From an uncultured delta proteobacterium (GTDB taxonomy: Bacteria > Desulfobacterota > Desulfobacteria > Desulfobacterales > JAHEIW01): a DNA stretch of 64,000 nucleotides. The stretch lies in NCBI GenBank assembly GCA_963706575.1, contig CAVPNL010000011.1, forward strand, positions 23,560-87,559, read 5' to 3'. Below the pieces are notes generated by a model. It was not told where the DNA came from, searched no databases, and worked only from the letters and a program-made list of their open reading frames with translations. Below, one piece after another: positions 10,262-21,195 of this stretch (positions are counted from its first letter, which is position 1; the number at the start of each line of letters is the position of its first letter). The position numbers and the translations under genes were made by a program.

Positions 10262-11200
10262 TTACCTTGTGAAGTATTTGCCCTGCCAGGAATCTCTTTT
10301 TTCCAGTGTTTGGCGTATGAGATCCAGGGTTTCAGTCTTTTTGAGTGCCCACTGCGGTGTTACCAGCTCCTGGCGATGGGGATCACCGGTCAGCCTCTGG
10401 ATGACAATCTCGGCCGGAATCCGCTCCAGAAAATCACAAACCAGGTCCACATAGGCCGACTGCTCAAGGCATTGGAACTCCCCGTTGCGGTAAAGGGTTT
10501 CCAGTGGAGTTCCTTTAACCACGTAAAGCAGGTGCAGCTTCACCCCGTCAATCCTTAGCTTTGCGATGGTTGCGGCCGTATGCAGCATGTCCTGCCGGTT
10601 TTCATGGGGAAGTCCCAGAATGACATGCGCACATATCTTGATACCGCGGTTTTTGGTTTTTTCGACGGCATCTTTAAAGCATTGAACATCATGACCCCGG
10701 TTAATAAATACTAGGGTTGCATCGCGAGCCGACTGCAGACCGTATTCGATCCAGATCAGGTGGTGCCTGGCATAATCCTGAAGCAAATCCAATACCGCTT
10801 CATCGACACAATCGGGCCGGGTGCCGATGGAGAGCCCGACAATATCATCTACTTTCAGCGCTTCGTCATAAAGACGCTGCAGGTCCTGTAACGGGGCGTA
10901 CGTGTTGGAAAAAGATTGGAAATAAGCAATAAACTTTATGGCGTTGTACCGTTTTGCAAGCGAATTTTTTCCATTGATCAGTTGCCGGGTTACCGACAGG
11001 CCCTTTGCATGGGCCCCGGTCCCGGATCCGCGGATGTTACAGTAAATGCATCCGCCGTGCGAAAGAGTTCCATCCCGATTGGGGCATGTCAGGCCGGCAT
11101 CGACAGTGATCTTTTGTACCCGACAGCCAAAGATGTTTCTCAGATAGGTATTTAAGTCGTTATATCGTTTATCCGCAGCCATTGCCAAAACCTTGACCAT
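10262..11200 (-). CDS. TIGR01212 family radical SAM protein (YhcC-like)
   Basis: DAGLTCPNRDG....GCIYC, YFQSFSNTY, IGTRPDC, EYGLQS, INRGHD; the start may be 11182. Confidence 0.92.
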   Translation of the reverse strand: MVKVLAMAADKRYNDLNTYLRNIFGCRVQKITVDAGLTCPNRDGTLSHGGCIYCNIRGSGTGAHAKGLSVTRQLINGKNSLAKRYNAIKFIAYFQSFSNTYAPLQDLQRLYDEALKVDDIVGLSIGTRPDCVDEAVLDLLQDYARHHLIWIEYGLQSARDATLVFINRGHDVQCFKDAVEKTKNRGIKICAHVILGLPHENRQDMLHTAATIAKLRIDGVKLHLLYVVKGTPLETLYRNGEFQCLEQSAYVDLVCDFLERIPAEIVIQRLTGDPHRQELVTPQWALKKTETLDLIRQTLEKRDSWQGKYFTR

Positions 11201-11317
11201 GAAATTGGTCGGTACTATAATCTCCTAAAATGAGCGTTTCAATTTAGGTCTTTGAAAGTTATGATTATTTTTATCACAGGCATTTTCAACTGACAACTAC
11301 CGGTTGGATTGTCATTA

Positions 11318-11402
11318 TAACCACAAAGAACACAAAGTGTACAAAGATGAATACATGATATATTAAATTCCTTTCTTCGTGTCTTTGTGAACTTTGTGGT
11401 TA
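11318..11402. repeat. Inverted nonamer repeat (CACAAAGAA units / CTTTGTG units)
   Basis: ACCACAAAGAACACAAAG ... CTTTGTGAACTTTGTGGT, in the divergent promoter region of the radical SAM gene and mnmG. Confidence 0.7.
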
Positions 11403-11449
11403 AAATAAAAGTACCCTTTGGTTTAACAGACAACTATCAGCCTTTTTAA

Positions 11450-13327
11450 ATGGTTTATCATCCCAAAAAATACGACATCATCGTCGTCGGCGCCGGCCAT
11501 GCCGGATGCGAGGCGGCCCTGGCCGCAGCACGCATGGGCTGCAGCGTATTGCTGATGGCAATTGACCTGGATAAATTGGCGGCGATGCCATGCAGCCCGT
11601 CGATTGGCGGCATGGCCAAGGGGCAGCTCGTAAAGGAGCTTGACGCTCTGGGAGGGGAAATGGCCAAAATAACGGATAAAAGCGCCATATCCTTCCGAAC
11701 CCTGAATACGAAAAAGGGACCAGCCGTACATTCGTCCCGCACGCAAAATGATAAGATTCGATACCATACAGCCATGAAAGCAGTTGTCGAATCGCAACCC
11801 AATTTGGACCTCAAACAGACCCTGGCGGAACGGCTCGTGGTGGAAGGCAATCGCGTAACGGGTGTCGAAGATCACACCGGGTTTGGGTATCAAGCACAGG
11901 CCGTCGTGCTGGCCACCGGCACCTTTTTAAGTGGTTTGCTTCATATTGGTTTTAATTCATTCCGGGCCGGACGGGCTGGTGAATTTGCCTCTTACGGGCT
12001 GGCAACCGATCTTAAAAAACTGGGGTTTGAGCTGGGTCGGATGAAAACCGGCACTCCCCCGCGATTGAAAAAAGCCAGTATTGATTTTTCAAAATTTAAA
12101 GTCCAGGAGTCGGATGTCAATCCGGTGCCTTTTTCCTATTTTAGCGACTCCCTGAGGCTGCCGCAGCTGCCATGCCATATCGGACACACCAACCCAAGGT
12201 CTCATAAGATCGTGCGCAAAAATCTGGAACGCTCGGCGCTGTATGGCGGAATTATTCAGGGGATTTCGGCCCGCTATTGCCCATCTTTTGAAGACAAAAT
12301 CGTCAGATTTCCCGACAAAGACAGACATCAGGTGATCCTGGAGCCGGAGGGGATCGAGACCCAGGAAATTTATGCCTCCGGCCTGGGCAACAGTCTGCCC
12401 CTGGAAATTCAGATCGAACTGGTTCAGTCCGTCGAAGGTCTGGAGGCGGCGGAAATTATGCGGCCGGCCTATGCCATTGAATACGATTACGTCAATCCGA
12501 TCCAGCTGAAACCAACGCTTGAGACGAATCGGGTAGCCGGACTGTTTTTGGCGGGGCAGATTAATGGGACATCCGGATACGAAGAAGCTGCGGCGCAGGG
12601 CCTGTGGGCCGGGATTAATGCCGCCTGCCGGATCCAAAAAAGGGAGCCCTTTATTCTGGATCGGTCTCAGGCCTATATGGGTGTCATGGTCGATGACCTG
12701 GTTACACGTGGTACCCGGGAGCCGTATCGCATGTTTACTTCAAGGGCCGAGTACCGGCTAATGCTGCGAGAGGATAATGCATCGCTGCGATTAATGGAAA
12801 TCGGTTACGAACTGGGGTTGATCAGCGATGAGGCGTTCAAAGAAATCAAGACCTGCAAAACCCAGATCGATCAAGAGATTCAGCGGATCAAACAAACCAT
12901 CATCAAGCCGGATGATCGCGCAAATCGATACTTGCAAAGCAGCGGCACAAAACCGATTCAAAGTGGCACCTACCTGGATCAATTATTGAAGCGTGCTGAG
13001 CTGGGGTATGAAGTGGTCGAAGCCCTGGCAAAGGCGCCCCAAGCGCTCAGTCACAAGGTGGCCGAGCAGGTTGAGATCGAAATTAAATACGAGGGCTACA
13101 TTCAAAAACAGCTCAATGAAATTGAAAAATTTAAAAACCTGGAGCGAATAAAGATACCCGAAGGTCTGGATTTCCTCTGCATCCACGGCCTTTCCAATGA
13201 ATTGAAGGAAAAATTGTCCCATACCAGGCCGACATCTCTGGGGCAGGCGTCGCGCATTGACGGGATGACTCCGGCGGCCATTTCAGTCCTGATGATTGCG
13301 CTTAAAGCGGATAGCCGGTCGGGTTAG
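11450..13327 (+). CDS. mnmG: tRNA uridine-5-carboxymethylaminomethyl(34) synthesis enzyme MnmG
   Basis: [64 protein letters not shown]. Confidence 0.98.
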   Translation: MVYHPKKYDIIVVGAGHAGCEAALAAARMGCSVLLMAIDLDKLAAMPCSPSIGGMAKGQLVKELDALGGEMAKITDKSAISFRTLNTKKGPAVHSSRTQNDKIRYHTAMKAVVESQPNLDLKQTLAERLVVEGNRVTGVEDHTGFGYQAQAVVLATGTFLSGLLHIGFNSFRAGRAGEFASYGLATDLKKLGFELGRMKTGTPPRLKKASIDFSKFKVQESDVNPVPFSYFSDSLRLPQLPCHIGHTNPRSHKIVRKNLERSALYGGIIQGISARYCPSFEDKIVRFPDKDRHQVILEPEGIETQEIYASGLGNSLPLEIQIELVQSVEGLEAAEIMRPAYAIEYDYVNPIQLKPTLETNRVAGLFLAGQINGTSGYEEAAAQGLWAGINAACRIQKREPFILDRSQAYMGVMVDDLVTRGTREPYRMFTSRAEYRLMLREDNASLRLMEIGYELGLISDEAFKEIKTCKTQIDQEIQRIKQTIIKPDDRANRYLQSSGTKPIQSGTYLDQLLKRAELGYEVVEALAKAPQALSHKVAEQVEIEIKYEGYIQKQLNEIEKFKNLERIKIPEGLDFLCIHGLSNELKEKLSHTRPTSLGQASRIDGMTPAAISVLMIALKADSRSG

Positions 13328-13329
13328 AT

Positions 13330-13530
13330 TTCAGGTTCAAAGGTTCAACGTTCAAAGGTTCAAAGCAAAAGGGTTAAAGATCTGTTTCGTTGGTTCAATT
13401 GGTCTGATTGGTTCGATTGGTTCAGTTGATCAACTAATTTAACCAATCAAACCAATTCGACAACTATAACACTCTTTTTAACTTTGAACCCTTGAACCAT
13501 GGAACCCTGAACCTCTGAGCCTTGACACCT
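13330..13530. repeat. Family A element, full ~200 bp copy
   Basis: Starts a few bp after the mnmG stop; inverse copy of 10053-10256. Confidence 0.85.
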
Positions 13531-13607
13531 ACTGACATACAACTTATCCTAGACGGGAATTTATAGTAATTATAGAAGATTAATTTAATAATAGGGGAGT
13601 TTCTACC

Positions 13608-13680
13608 GTCATTCCCGCGCAGGCGGGCATCCAGTTTTTTTCGGAAGATATCTCTGGATTCCCGCCTGCGCGGGAATGAC
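13608..13680. repeat. REP/RS3-like palindromic element
   Basis: GTCATTCCCGCGCAGGCGGGCATCCAG ... CTGGATTCCCGCCTGCGCGGGAATGAC inverted pair. Confidence 0.85.
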
Positions 13681-13739
13681 AAGTTTGAATTGAAGAAGAA
13701 CCCCGACATTGTATCTGAAATTGATAGGATAATACACCC

Positions 13740-14657
13740 ATGGCTGAAGATTATTACCAATTACTGGGCGTTAAAAAAGGCGCCTCGGAAGGGGAAATCA
13801 AAAAAGCTTACCGCAAGCTGGCGATGAAATATCACCCGGATCATACCAAAGGCGATAAGGCTTCCGAAGAAAAATTCAAAAAGATCAGTGAGGCCTATGC
13901 GGTATTAAGTGATAAAGAAAAGCGTAAAGAATATGATACCTTCGGCGCTGAAGGTTTTCATCAGCGCTTTTCCCAGGAAGATATTTTCCGAGGGTTCGAT
14001 TTTGGGGATGTTTTACGTGAATTCGGGTTCGGTGGCGATTATTTTTCAGGCCGTGGCCGCGGCAGCGGTATGCGATTTAACTTTGGCGGTGGTTCACCAT
14101 TCGGATCGCAAGCCGGACAACAGCAGGCCCGGATGAAAGGCTCCGACCTGATATACGAACTTCCGCTGACATTGAAGGAAGTAGCCACCGGGACCAGCAA
14201 AACAGTTAGCCTGCAACAGCAGGGCTATTCAGAAAAAGTAACGGTAAAAATTCCGAAAGGCTTGATTTCCGGCAAAAAATTACGCCTGGCCGGCAAAGGA
14301 AGCCCCAGTCCGCTCGGTGGCCCACCGGGGGATCTTTTTATTCAGTCCAAAGTGCTCATTGACCCCTTTTATCGCGCTGAAGCCTATGACCTGCACATAA
14401 ATCAGGAGGTGAAGTTAAGTGAGGCCCTTTTGGGGACCCGCATTTCCGTGTCCACCCTCGATGACAAGAAACTCAGCCTGAAAATCCCACCCGGTACCCG
14501 GCCCGGCACAAAAATGCGCATGCCCGGCCAGGGGCTCCCCCACATGAAAGGCAACAAAAAAGGCGATCTTTATGTTATAATCCAGGTCAAACTGCCGAAG
14601 CAACTGTCAGATGAACAGAAGAAACTCATTGAAAAACTGGCAGAGACGGGATTGTAA
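13740..14657 (+). CDS. DnaJ-class chaperone without zinc finger (CbpA-like)
   Basis: J domain with HPD, G/F-rich region and DnaJ C-terminal domain; no CxxCxGxG repeats. Confidence 0.92.
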   Translation: MAEDYYQLLGVKKGASEGEIKKAYRKLAMKYHPDHTKGDKASEEKFKKISEAYAVLSDKEKRKEYDTFGAEGFHQRFSQEDIFRGFDFGDVLREFGFGGDYFSGRGRGSGMRFNFGGGSPFGSQAGQQQARMKGSDLIYELPLTLKEVATGTSKTVSLQQQGYSEKVTVKIPKGLISGKKLRLAGKGSPSPLGGPPGDLFIQSKVLIDPFYRAEAYDLHINQEVKLSEALLGTRISVSTLDDKKLSLKIPPGTRPGTKMRMPGQGLPHMKGNKKGDLYVIIQVKLPKQLSDEQKKLIEKLAETGL

Positions 14658-14670
14658 GGAATAAAAATAA

Positions 14671-14699
14671 TTGACAAATTCGCGTATTCACGGTAAATT
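14671..14699 (+). promoter_or_regulatory. Sigma70-type promoter
   Basis: TTGACA-17 bp-TAAATT upstream of 14829. Confidence 0.55.
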
Positions 14700-14828
14700 T
14701 TAATATAAATATATAATATATTTCACCATTTGCTGCGCGTTGCCAGAAACGGCTCCAACAGCTCCACATCCGGGGATTTCCAACTCAAAAAAACATTGAG
14801 ATTGATATAAAAAATAAAGAGGTATGAA

Positions 14829-17264
14829 ATGATTGTTACCTGCAATGAATGTGATTCCAGCTTCAACGTTGATGACAGCCTGATAAAGGATGACGGCTCC
14901 AAGGTTCGATGCTCAAAATGCAGCAGCGTTTTTCTTGTTTATCCGGAAGCATCCGGATCTGAATGGGGTGAAGATGCCGACGATTTAGCGCTTGAGATGG
15001 ATGACGGGTTGGATACGGGCCTGGATTCGGGTGATGAATTAGCGGATTTGGATACGGACAGCGAGGCGGATGATGAATTGCCCGATCTAGAAGATATGAT
15101 GGATTTTGAAGATGACGAGCTGTCCATCGAAGCGTCTGCCGAAGAAGATTCCGATGGGCTCGACCTGGACGACGAAGAACTCGATATGGATTTTGACCTG
15201 GATGAAGAAAGTATGCTGGAGTCAGATGAATTTGAGCTGGGCGATATTGAAACAGATGATAGCGACCTGGCCGATATGGAAATGGATCTGGAAGATTTAG
15301 ATGAAGCCGAAGAAGTCGATACGGCTGAGGCAGAAGCAGATCTGGATTTAGACCTGGAAGCCGATGAGGAGCCGATGGTTGCCGCTGAAGACGGGGACGA
15401 TGAGCTGGACCTGTCAGATCTTGAAGACCTGGTTGATTCCGACGCTGAAATGGATCTGGAAGATGTAACCATGGAGGCCGACGAGGCCACAGAGGGTGCC
15501 GACCTGGATCTGGAGATGGATCTGAAAGATTTAGATGAAGCCGAAGAAGTCGATACGGCTGAGGCAGAAGCAGATCTGGATTTAGACCTGGAAGCCGATG
15601 AGGAGCAGGCGGTTGCCGCTGAAGACGGGGACGATGAGTTGGATCTGTCGGACCTTGAAGACCTGGTCGCGGCTGACACAGATATGGGGCTGGAAGGTGC
15701 TGCGATCGAAATTACCGAAGATGTTGACCTGGATTTTGATCTGGAATCGGAAGCGGAGGCAGTCGCAGCAGAAAGCGATGAGTTGGATCTATCGGATCTG
15801 GATGATATCATGGATTCCGGCGAGGAATCGGCCGGGGAAGGTATAGCAGCCGAGGCGGCAGATGAGCCGGAACTCGATTTAGACCTTGATCTGGAAATGG
15901 AGCCGGCGGCTGAAGCGCCGGCCGGGGACCTTGAGGGCGCTGATGAATTAGATTTTTCGGATCTAGAGGGGATCGTCGAATCCGACGACACACCGGCGGA
16001 AGCGGCCGACGACCTTGTACTTGATTTTGAGGTGGCAGAAGATACGGCAAGCCCGGCAGCCGCAGAAGCCCCACCGCCCTCTGATTCCGAAGAGCTGGGA
16101 ATGTCAGATCTAGAAAGTATGCTCAAATCCGATGAGATACCCGTATCCAGTGACGCGGATGAACTGGAATTAGACCTGGATCTTGAGAGCGAAGATGCAT
16201 CCGAAGCGGTCGATTCTAGCGCTGCACCGGCCGGATCAGATGATGCCGAATTTCTAGATATTGAAAAAATGTTGGAGGAAGGTGCCGATACCACACCGGC
16301 AGAACAGGAATCTGAAGATCTTGTTGAGCTCGATTTAGAAACGGTGATGGATGAGAGTGCCTCATCGACGGAGCCGGAACTTGAGCTGAATCTGGATCTG
16401 GATCTGGATGCAGACAGTGACGGGAGTCTTGATATCGCAGCAACTGCTGAAGACGATCTGGAATTCAATCTGCTGGACGCCGACGAAGAAACCATGCAAT
16501 TTGGAGCAACCCAGGCGGGAGTTACCCAGGTCGTAGACGACCTGGCTGCAGGTAGTGATATGGATGCCCCCAGCGACGAGTTCGCCAGCGATGAGTTTGC
16601 CGACAGCTATGATGAAATGGGTCAAACCGACACCCTCGACGATGTGGGCATGGCTCCCGCTATGGGTGGGCCGATAAAAACGCGAAAAACTCGTAAACCG
16701 TTAATGGTTGCTGTTCTGCTTTTGCTGCTCTGTGTCTTAGGAATAATTGTGACCAACAGCCTGGGCATCAAAATCCCATTCGTGAGCGAACTCCAGATTC
16801 CTTATATCAGTGATGTCAAAATTCCCTATCTTGACGGTTTGCTGAAATCCAAAACCCAGGATCAGGATATTGCCGGTAACCTGAAGATCAGCCCGCTTGG
16901 ACGAACGATCTCGTATAAGTTCGTTGAGAATGCCAAGGCAGGCAAGATTTTTGTGATCAGCGGACAAGTCCGCAATGAATATGATCATCCCCGAAGCAAT
17001 ATCAAGATCACCGGAAAGCTGTATCGAGAAGGTAAGGCGCTGGTCAAAAGCGCCACTGTATATTGCGGCAATATGCTCAGTGACAGTGATTTGCAGCAGA
17101 TGGATATTACGGCCATCGGCAAACGGTTGCAAAATCGCTTCGGCGATAATCGCTCAAATATCAAAGTGAAGACCGGCAAGACCATTCCATTTGTCATCAT
17201 ATTTCCCAAATTACCGGCCAACCTGGACGAATATACGGTTGAGGTTGCAGGATCCTCTTCATAA
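14829..17264 (+). CDS. Zinc-ribbon (MJ0042-type) / DUF3426 protein with long acidic repeat linker
   Basis: MIVTCNEC...KVRCSKC zinc finger, ~570 aa D/E/L-rich repeats (DELDLSDL), TM helix, C-terminal DUF3426-like domain (VISGQVRN, PFVIIF). Confidence 0.85.
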   Translation: MIVTCNECDSSFNVDDSLIKDDGSKVRCSKCSSVFLVYPEASGSEWGEDADDLALEMDDGLDTGLDSGDELADLDTDSEADDELPDLEDMMDFEDDELSIEASAEEDSDGLDLDDEELDMDFDLDEESMLESDEFELGDIETDDSDLADMEMDLEDLDEAEEVDTAEAEADLDLDLEADEEPMVAAEDGDDELDLSDLEDLVDSDAEMDLEDVTMEADEATEGADLDLEMDLKDLDEAEEVDTAEAEADLDLDLEADEEQAVAAEDGDDELDLSDLEDLVAADTDMGLEGAAIEITEDVDLDFDLESEAEAVAAESDELDLSDLDDIMDSGEESAGEGIAAEAADEPELDLDLDLEMEPAAEAPAGDLEGADELDFSDLEGIVESDDTPAEAADDLVLDFEVAEDTASPAAAEAPPPSDSEELGMSDLESMLKSDEIPVSSDADELELDLDLESEDASEAVDSSAAPAGSDDAEFLDIEKMLEEGADTTPAEQESEDLVELDLETVMDESASSTEPELELNLDLDLDADSDGSLDIAATAEDDLEFNLLDADEETMQFGATQAGVTQVVDDLAAGSDMDAPSDEFASDEFADSYDEMGQTDTLDDVGMAPAMGGPIKTRKTRKPLMVAVLLLLLCVLGIIVTNSLGIKIPFVSELQIPYISDVKIPYLDGLLKSKTQDQDIAGNLKISPLGRTISYKFVENAKAGKIFVISGQVRNEYDHPRSNIKITGKLYREGKALVKSATVYCGNMLSDSDLQQMDITAIGKRLQNRFGDNRSNIKVKTGKTIPFVIIFPKLPANLDEYTVEVAGSSS
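15277..15667 (+). repeat. Near-identical ~157 bp intragenic direct repeat (15277-15433 and 15511-15667)
   Basis: EMDL.DLDEAEEVDTAEAEADLDLDLEADEE..VAAEDGDDELDLSDLEDLV occurs twice, offset 234 bp. Confidence 0.9.
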
Positions 17265-17530
17265 GCGTTGAAACGCTCCATTTAGTTTTAAGAAAGCTTC
17301 TTACCGGAAAGGGCGGGCGATGGGACAGTGCCCGCCTGATCTGTTTTGGGGCTGAACAGATTTCAACGATGATGGCCATGCCGATCTATGATCCGTTTAC
17401 GGCAACCCTGAAAACAGCGCGACGATCACCGCCAATGTGGCGTATGTTTTATCTTGACTTGCTAAAGATGAGTTGTTAAAAGACGGATTTGCCGGAATTC
17501 CGGCTGTCTAAGCGTGCCGATTGCATATGT

Positions 17531-17607
17531 GGCGATGTAGCTCAGGTGGTCAGAGCATGCGGCTCATATCCGCAGTGTCCGGGGTTCAAATCCCTGCATC
17601 GCCACCA
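17531..17607 (+). tRNA. tRNA-Met (CAT), elongator type
   Basis: Acceptor stem GGCGATG/CATCGCC, anticodon arm TGCGG-CTCATAT-CCGCA, GGTTCAAATCC T-loop, encoded CCA. A paired 1-72 position and no GGG/CCC anticodon stem argue against the initiator. Confidence 0.93.
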
Positions 17608-17634
17608 CTTCTATTTAGAATTCTGAAGGGTTTT

Positions 17635-19140
17635 TTATTTGCCGGGAAATATTCTCTCAGCCACCAGATAATGAACCCCGATATCCCTTCTTAAATCCAA
17701 CCGATTACCCTGAGGATGTTCACGGGGAATAACCCGGATTTTGCCATTGTCAAATGCGGCCATGAGTTTGGTTCTAAAACGTTCGGCTACTTCACCGCGG
17801 CTGTCATCCGGTTTAATCTTCACGTTTGCATTCATCCACGCTACCCGGGTCCCGTCTGATTTAAATTGACCGTCCTCCGCCGAGCAGGTCATCGCTGAGG
17901 GGATAATCTGGATGCCTTTTTTTCTGATATAGTTAAAATCGATTTCAACCGGTTCTCCTTTTGTACAGGACCACGGATATCCTTTTTGACCGTCAGGCCC
18001 CCCGGGGCCGGTCACCAGCCCGGCGCACAGCGCCAGCTGGTCGTCTCTTACCTCCGGTTTTACTTTGTCGAGCTTGCCCGCAAACATCGCCTCGATCAGT
18101 ACCCCAAAATTTCTCAGTCGGCGGGCGACCGGTTGGGCTTCGGGTTCACCCGGTCGTATGTTTATCTCAGACACCCGAATGTTGGTGGGCTGCTTGGCGT
18201 TATCCAGCGAGACAAAACAACCCGGATACAGGATACACGGCCGCAGGTAGCCTTTTTCCTTCATTTTGTCAATTAGCGGCCTGGCAATGAGGTTACCGGC
18301 CAATGCAATAAGTTCTGGGGTTTCCATCGGATGGGGTGAGATGGCGCCCATCCCGCCGGTGATCGGATTTGACTTGCTGGCCGGACCTTCAAATCGTTCC
18401 GGATAATCCATCGCGGTCGGCAGGATCTGGAAATTACCGTTTTTATCGACCAGGATCGTAAAACTGATTTCCACTCCGGACATCAGGGATTCGATAAGAA
18501 GGGGCCAGCGCCCTTTTGCGCCATACATTTTTTTATAATCGGGCTTATAGTCTTTTATCAAGGTATCGTATACTTCTCTGATTTCCCAGGAATTCAGAAT
18601 AATCCGGGCGCCTTTTCCCCCGGCACTGTACGGATATTTCAAGACCGCTCCGCCGTATTCCTGAATATAGTCCAGACAGGTATGCAGCAGGGTTGAATAA
18701 TCTTTGGCATCCACCTCAGCCCATGCGGCCGCCACCGGAATGCCGGCTTCACGGCACAGCGCTTTGCATTTGATCTTGTCCCCTTCTATAAAGGCGGCGG
18801 CTTTATTGAGCCCGACAATGCGATCAGCATAGCCGGCCGCCTCCACCTCATCCACCAGGCCGTCAAACAAAAGCGCTTCCGGCATCGGGATGACATAATC
18901 GATGCCGCCGCTTTTTATTGCGTTGATGATTGCCTCTGCATATTCATCGTAAGAATTGCCGGTCGTCGGAATGAATTCAACGGGCCAGTTCATGGTTTCA
19001 ACGAATCTGGGCATCGATGGGGTGCCCCGAACAACGACACCCTGAAAGGTGTCTTCATATATGTCACTGGTGGCGGTGGAGACCACCAAGGCGCACAACA
19101 GGGTTCGGCCATCGGTACCGGCAAAGGCTATTTTCTTCAT
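17635..19140 (-). CDS. purD: Phosphoribosylamine--glycine ligase-like ATP-grasp protein (divergent PurD)
   Basis: AAFIEGDK..CK, VLK....AGGKG, GVEISF, TGGMGAISP, EINIRPGEPEAQ parallel the PurD motifs (EGSK, TGGMGA, EFN.RFGDPE.Q). Confidence 0.7.
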   Translation of the reverse strand: MKKIAFAGTDGRTLLCALVVSTATSDIYEDTFQGVVVRGTPSMPRFVETMNWPVEFIPTTGNSYDEYAEAIINAIKSGGIDYVIPMPEALLFDGLVDEVEAAGYADRIVGLNKAAAFIEGDKIKCKALCREAGIPVAAAWAEVDAKDYSTLLHTCLDYIQEYGGAVLKYPYSAGGKGARIILNSWEIREVYDTLIKDYKPDYKKMYGAKGRWPLLIESLMSGVEISFTILVDKNGNFQILPTAMDYPERFEGPASKSNPITGGMGAISPHPMETPELIALAGNLIARPLIDKMKEKGYLRPCILYPGCFVSLDNAKQPTNIRVSEINIRPGEPEAQPVARRLRNFGVLIEAMFAGKLDKVKPEVRDDQLALCAGLVTGPGGPDGQKGYPWSCTKGEPVEIDFNYIRKKGIQIIPSAMTCSAEDGQFKSDGTRVAWMNANVKIKPDDSRGEVAERFRTKLMAAFDNGKIRVIPREHPQGNRLDLRRDIGVHYLVAERIFPGK

Positions 19141-19216
19141 TCAATGATCCTTTCGCGGGAATTTGTTAAATTCATTTTCATTATCAAATAGCAGGCGTCG
19201 GGGTCAAACTTATTTT

Positions 19217-19375
19217 CCGGCTCCTGGCTACTTGCCGTTTTTTAGGTTTCAGGTGTCGGGTGTCCGGTGTCAGGTTTAAGTGTTCAGCATCTAATCCGGA
19301 GGTGCTCTACAATTCTGACACCTGAACACTGACACCTGAAATCTATTTGAGGCCCGCGGCCGGTAGCCAGATGGA
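19217..19375. repeat. Inverted CAGGTGT/ACACCTG heptamer element nested in CTGGCTAC/GTAGCCAG arms
   Basis: CAGGTGTCGGGTGTCCGGTGTCAGG ... CTGACACCTGAACACTGACACCTGAAA. Confidence 0.7.
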
Positions 19376-19419
19376 GGACTTAATTTTCTTTGATAAAATC
19401 GATAAAAATGATATAAAAA

Positions 19420-19500
19420 GTGTTTAGTGTTTCGTATTTAGTGTTTTGTTTGACCCTTGACGTTCTGGCCTTCTGCTGCCAAACACACACAAACACCAAT
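19420..19500. repeat. Family C inverted GTGTTTA/TAAACAC heptamer element
   Basis: Same units as 38268-38358 and 40938-41042. Confidence 0.7.
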
Positions 19501-19527
19501 CTTTTCTAAAGACTATCAGAGGATGCG

Positions 19528-19923
19528 ATGATACCGGGTTTTAATAAAATTGTTGAAGAACGGATTCGCAAAGCCCAAAAAAAAGGTGAATTTAAGAATC
19601 TTGAAGGCTCCGGCAAACCGTTAGATTTTCTTGAGGATCAGGCGGTGGCAGAAGAACTACGCCTGGCCTATAAGATTTTAAAAAATGCCGACTGCCTCCC
19701 TCCTGAAATCGAATTGAAAAAGGAAATTCAGCAAACGGAAGAGCTTCTCAGCGGAATGGGAGAAACCGCTGAAAAATTTCGTACCATGAAGAAGCTCAAT
19801 TTTTTAATCATGAAATTAAATACCCTGCGGAACACCTCCATCGAATTTGAAGCACCTCAAAAATATTCCGATAAAATGATTGAAAAGCTCGAATCATCCA
19901 CTTCAAGGCGCAAGAAGAAATAA
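19528..19923 (+). CDS. DUF1992 (DnaJ-associated) domain protein
   Basis: IVEERIRKA..KGEF.NL.G.GKPL and ELRLAYKILKNA.CLPPEIEL.KEI. Confidence 0.9.
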   Translation: MIPGFNKIVEERIRKAQKKGEFKNLEGSGKPLDFLEDQAVAEELRLAYKILKNADCLPPEIELKKEIQQTEELLSGMGETAEKFRTMKKLNFLIMKLNTLRNTSIEFEAPQKYSDKMIEKLESSTSRRKKK

Positions 19924-19927
19924 TTTG

Positions 19928-20216
19928 GTAAGGTTCTGGGTTCAGCGTTCAAAGTTTCAGAGGTTAAAGGAAAAAGGCTTAAAGGCCGGTTTCATTAGTT
20001 TGATTAGTTCAATTAGTTCGATTGGTTGTTTCTGAAATGGCGAAGATTTAAAAAATCGAAAATCTTGAATGCTGGCAGGCGGAAACGCAATAACCAATAA
20101 AACCAATTAAACCAATCAAACCAATCAAACCAATTAGACAAATATAGCATCTGTTTTAACCTTGAGCCTCTAAACCCTTGAACTTCTGAACGCTGGCCAT
20201 TAGAACCTTGAACCCA
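19928..20216. repeat. Family A element, long copy containing a decayed ORF start
   Basis: GGTTC arms, ATTAGTT/AACCAAT arms and a central MAKI*KIENLECWQA remnant at 20037-20093. Confidence 0.8.
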
Positions 20217-20235
20217 CACCCCAAAGGTGGCAGTT

Positions 20236-21195
20236 ATGGAAAAAATGACAATTGCACTTCTTTCCGGCGGCGTCTCCTCGGAGCGTGAGGTTTCCCTAAA
20301 CAGCGGCAAACAGGTTTATGATGCCCTGGATAAGGGAAAATACAACATTGTCCGCTACGACCCCAAAACCGATCTGGGCCGTCTGGTTAAGGATGCGCCC
20401 GGCATTGATGCGGCCTTGATTATTCTTCATGGCCCCTATGGCGAAGATGGGACGGTTCAAGGGCTTCTTGAGCTGCTGAATATTCCCTATCAGGGTTCAG
20501 GCGTTCTCGGCAGCTCCCTTGCCATGAATAAGCTCGCTTCCAAGATCCTTTATGAAAAAGCCAATCTTCCCATTCCGCCTTATATCGCATTGCAAAAAGG
20601 CGATCCGCTGGAGCCGGCCGCCTGGGAAAAACAACTGGGCCTGCCGCTGGTAATCAAACCGAATGAGGCGGGTTCCAGCGTCGGCATGACCATCGTCAAA
20701 TCGCCGGACAGCATCCAGCAGGCCGTGGAAAAAGCATTTTCCCATGATTCTACCATTCTTCTCGAAGGTTATATTGAGGGCATCGAGCTGACCGGCGGGG
20801 TGATCGGAAACAGGGACTTGCAGGCATTGCCGCTTATTGAGATCATACCGGATGATGAACATGAGTTTTTCGATTACGAGGCTAAATATACTGCCGGCGT
20901 CACCCAGGAAATCTGTCCGGCGCGCATCGATGATGAAATGACTCAAAAAGCGCAGGCCTATGCGAAAACGGCGCACAGGGCTCTTTTCTGCAGCGGTTAC
21001 AGCCGCACCGATATGATATTAAAAGATGGTGAGATATACGTTCTGGAGACAAACACCATACCGGGTATGACCGCCACCAGCCTGTTGCCCCAGGCTGCCC
21101 AGGTTGCAGGATTGAGTTTCAGCCGCCTGCTGGATCAACTCATCGAACTTTGCATCGAGGCACATCGGGACAGCGGACAGCGGGTGACCCAATGA
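20236..21195 (+). CDS. ddl: D-alanine--D-alanine ligase
   Basis: GGVSSEREVSL.SG, LHGPYGEDG, KP...GSSVG, FFDYEAKY, ETNTIPGMT..SLLP. Confidence 0.95.
   Translation: MEKMTIALLSGGVSSEREVSLNSGKQVYDALDKGKYNIVRYDPKTDLGRLVKDAPGIDAALIILHGPYGEDGTVQGLLELLNIPYQGSGVLGSSLAMNKLASKILYEKANLPIPPYIALQKGDPLEPAAWEKQLGLPLVIKPNEAGSSVGMTIVKSPDSIQQAVEKAFSHDSTILLEGYIEGIELTGGVIGNRDLQALPLIEIIPDDEHEFFDYEAKYTAGVTQEICPARIDDEMTQKAQAYAKTAHRALFCSGYSRTDMILKDGEIYVLETNTIPGMTATSLLPQAAQVAGLSFSRLLDQLIELCIEAHRDSGQRVTQ

Noticed and set aside
13464..13760. 98 aa ORF containing SFPRRRES / LDARLRGND
   Set aside because: Translation of the REP/RS3-like palindrome and the family A repeat, a typical spurious ORF.
14939..16495. 518 aa Ser-rich ORF on the minus strand
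   Set aside because: Antisense shadow of the Asp/Glu-rich codons of the real gene on the plus strand.
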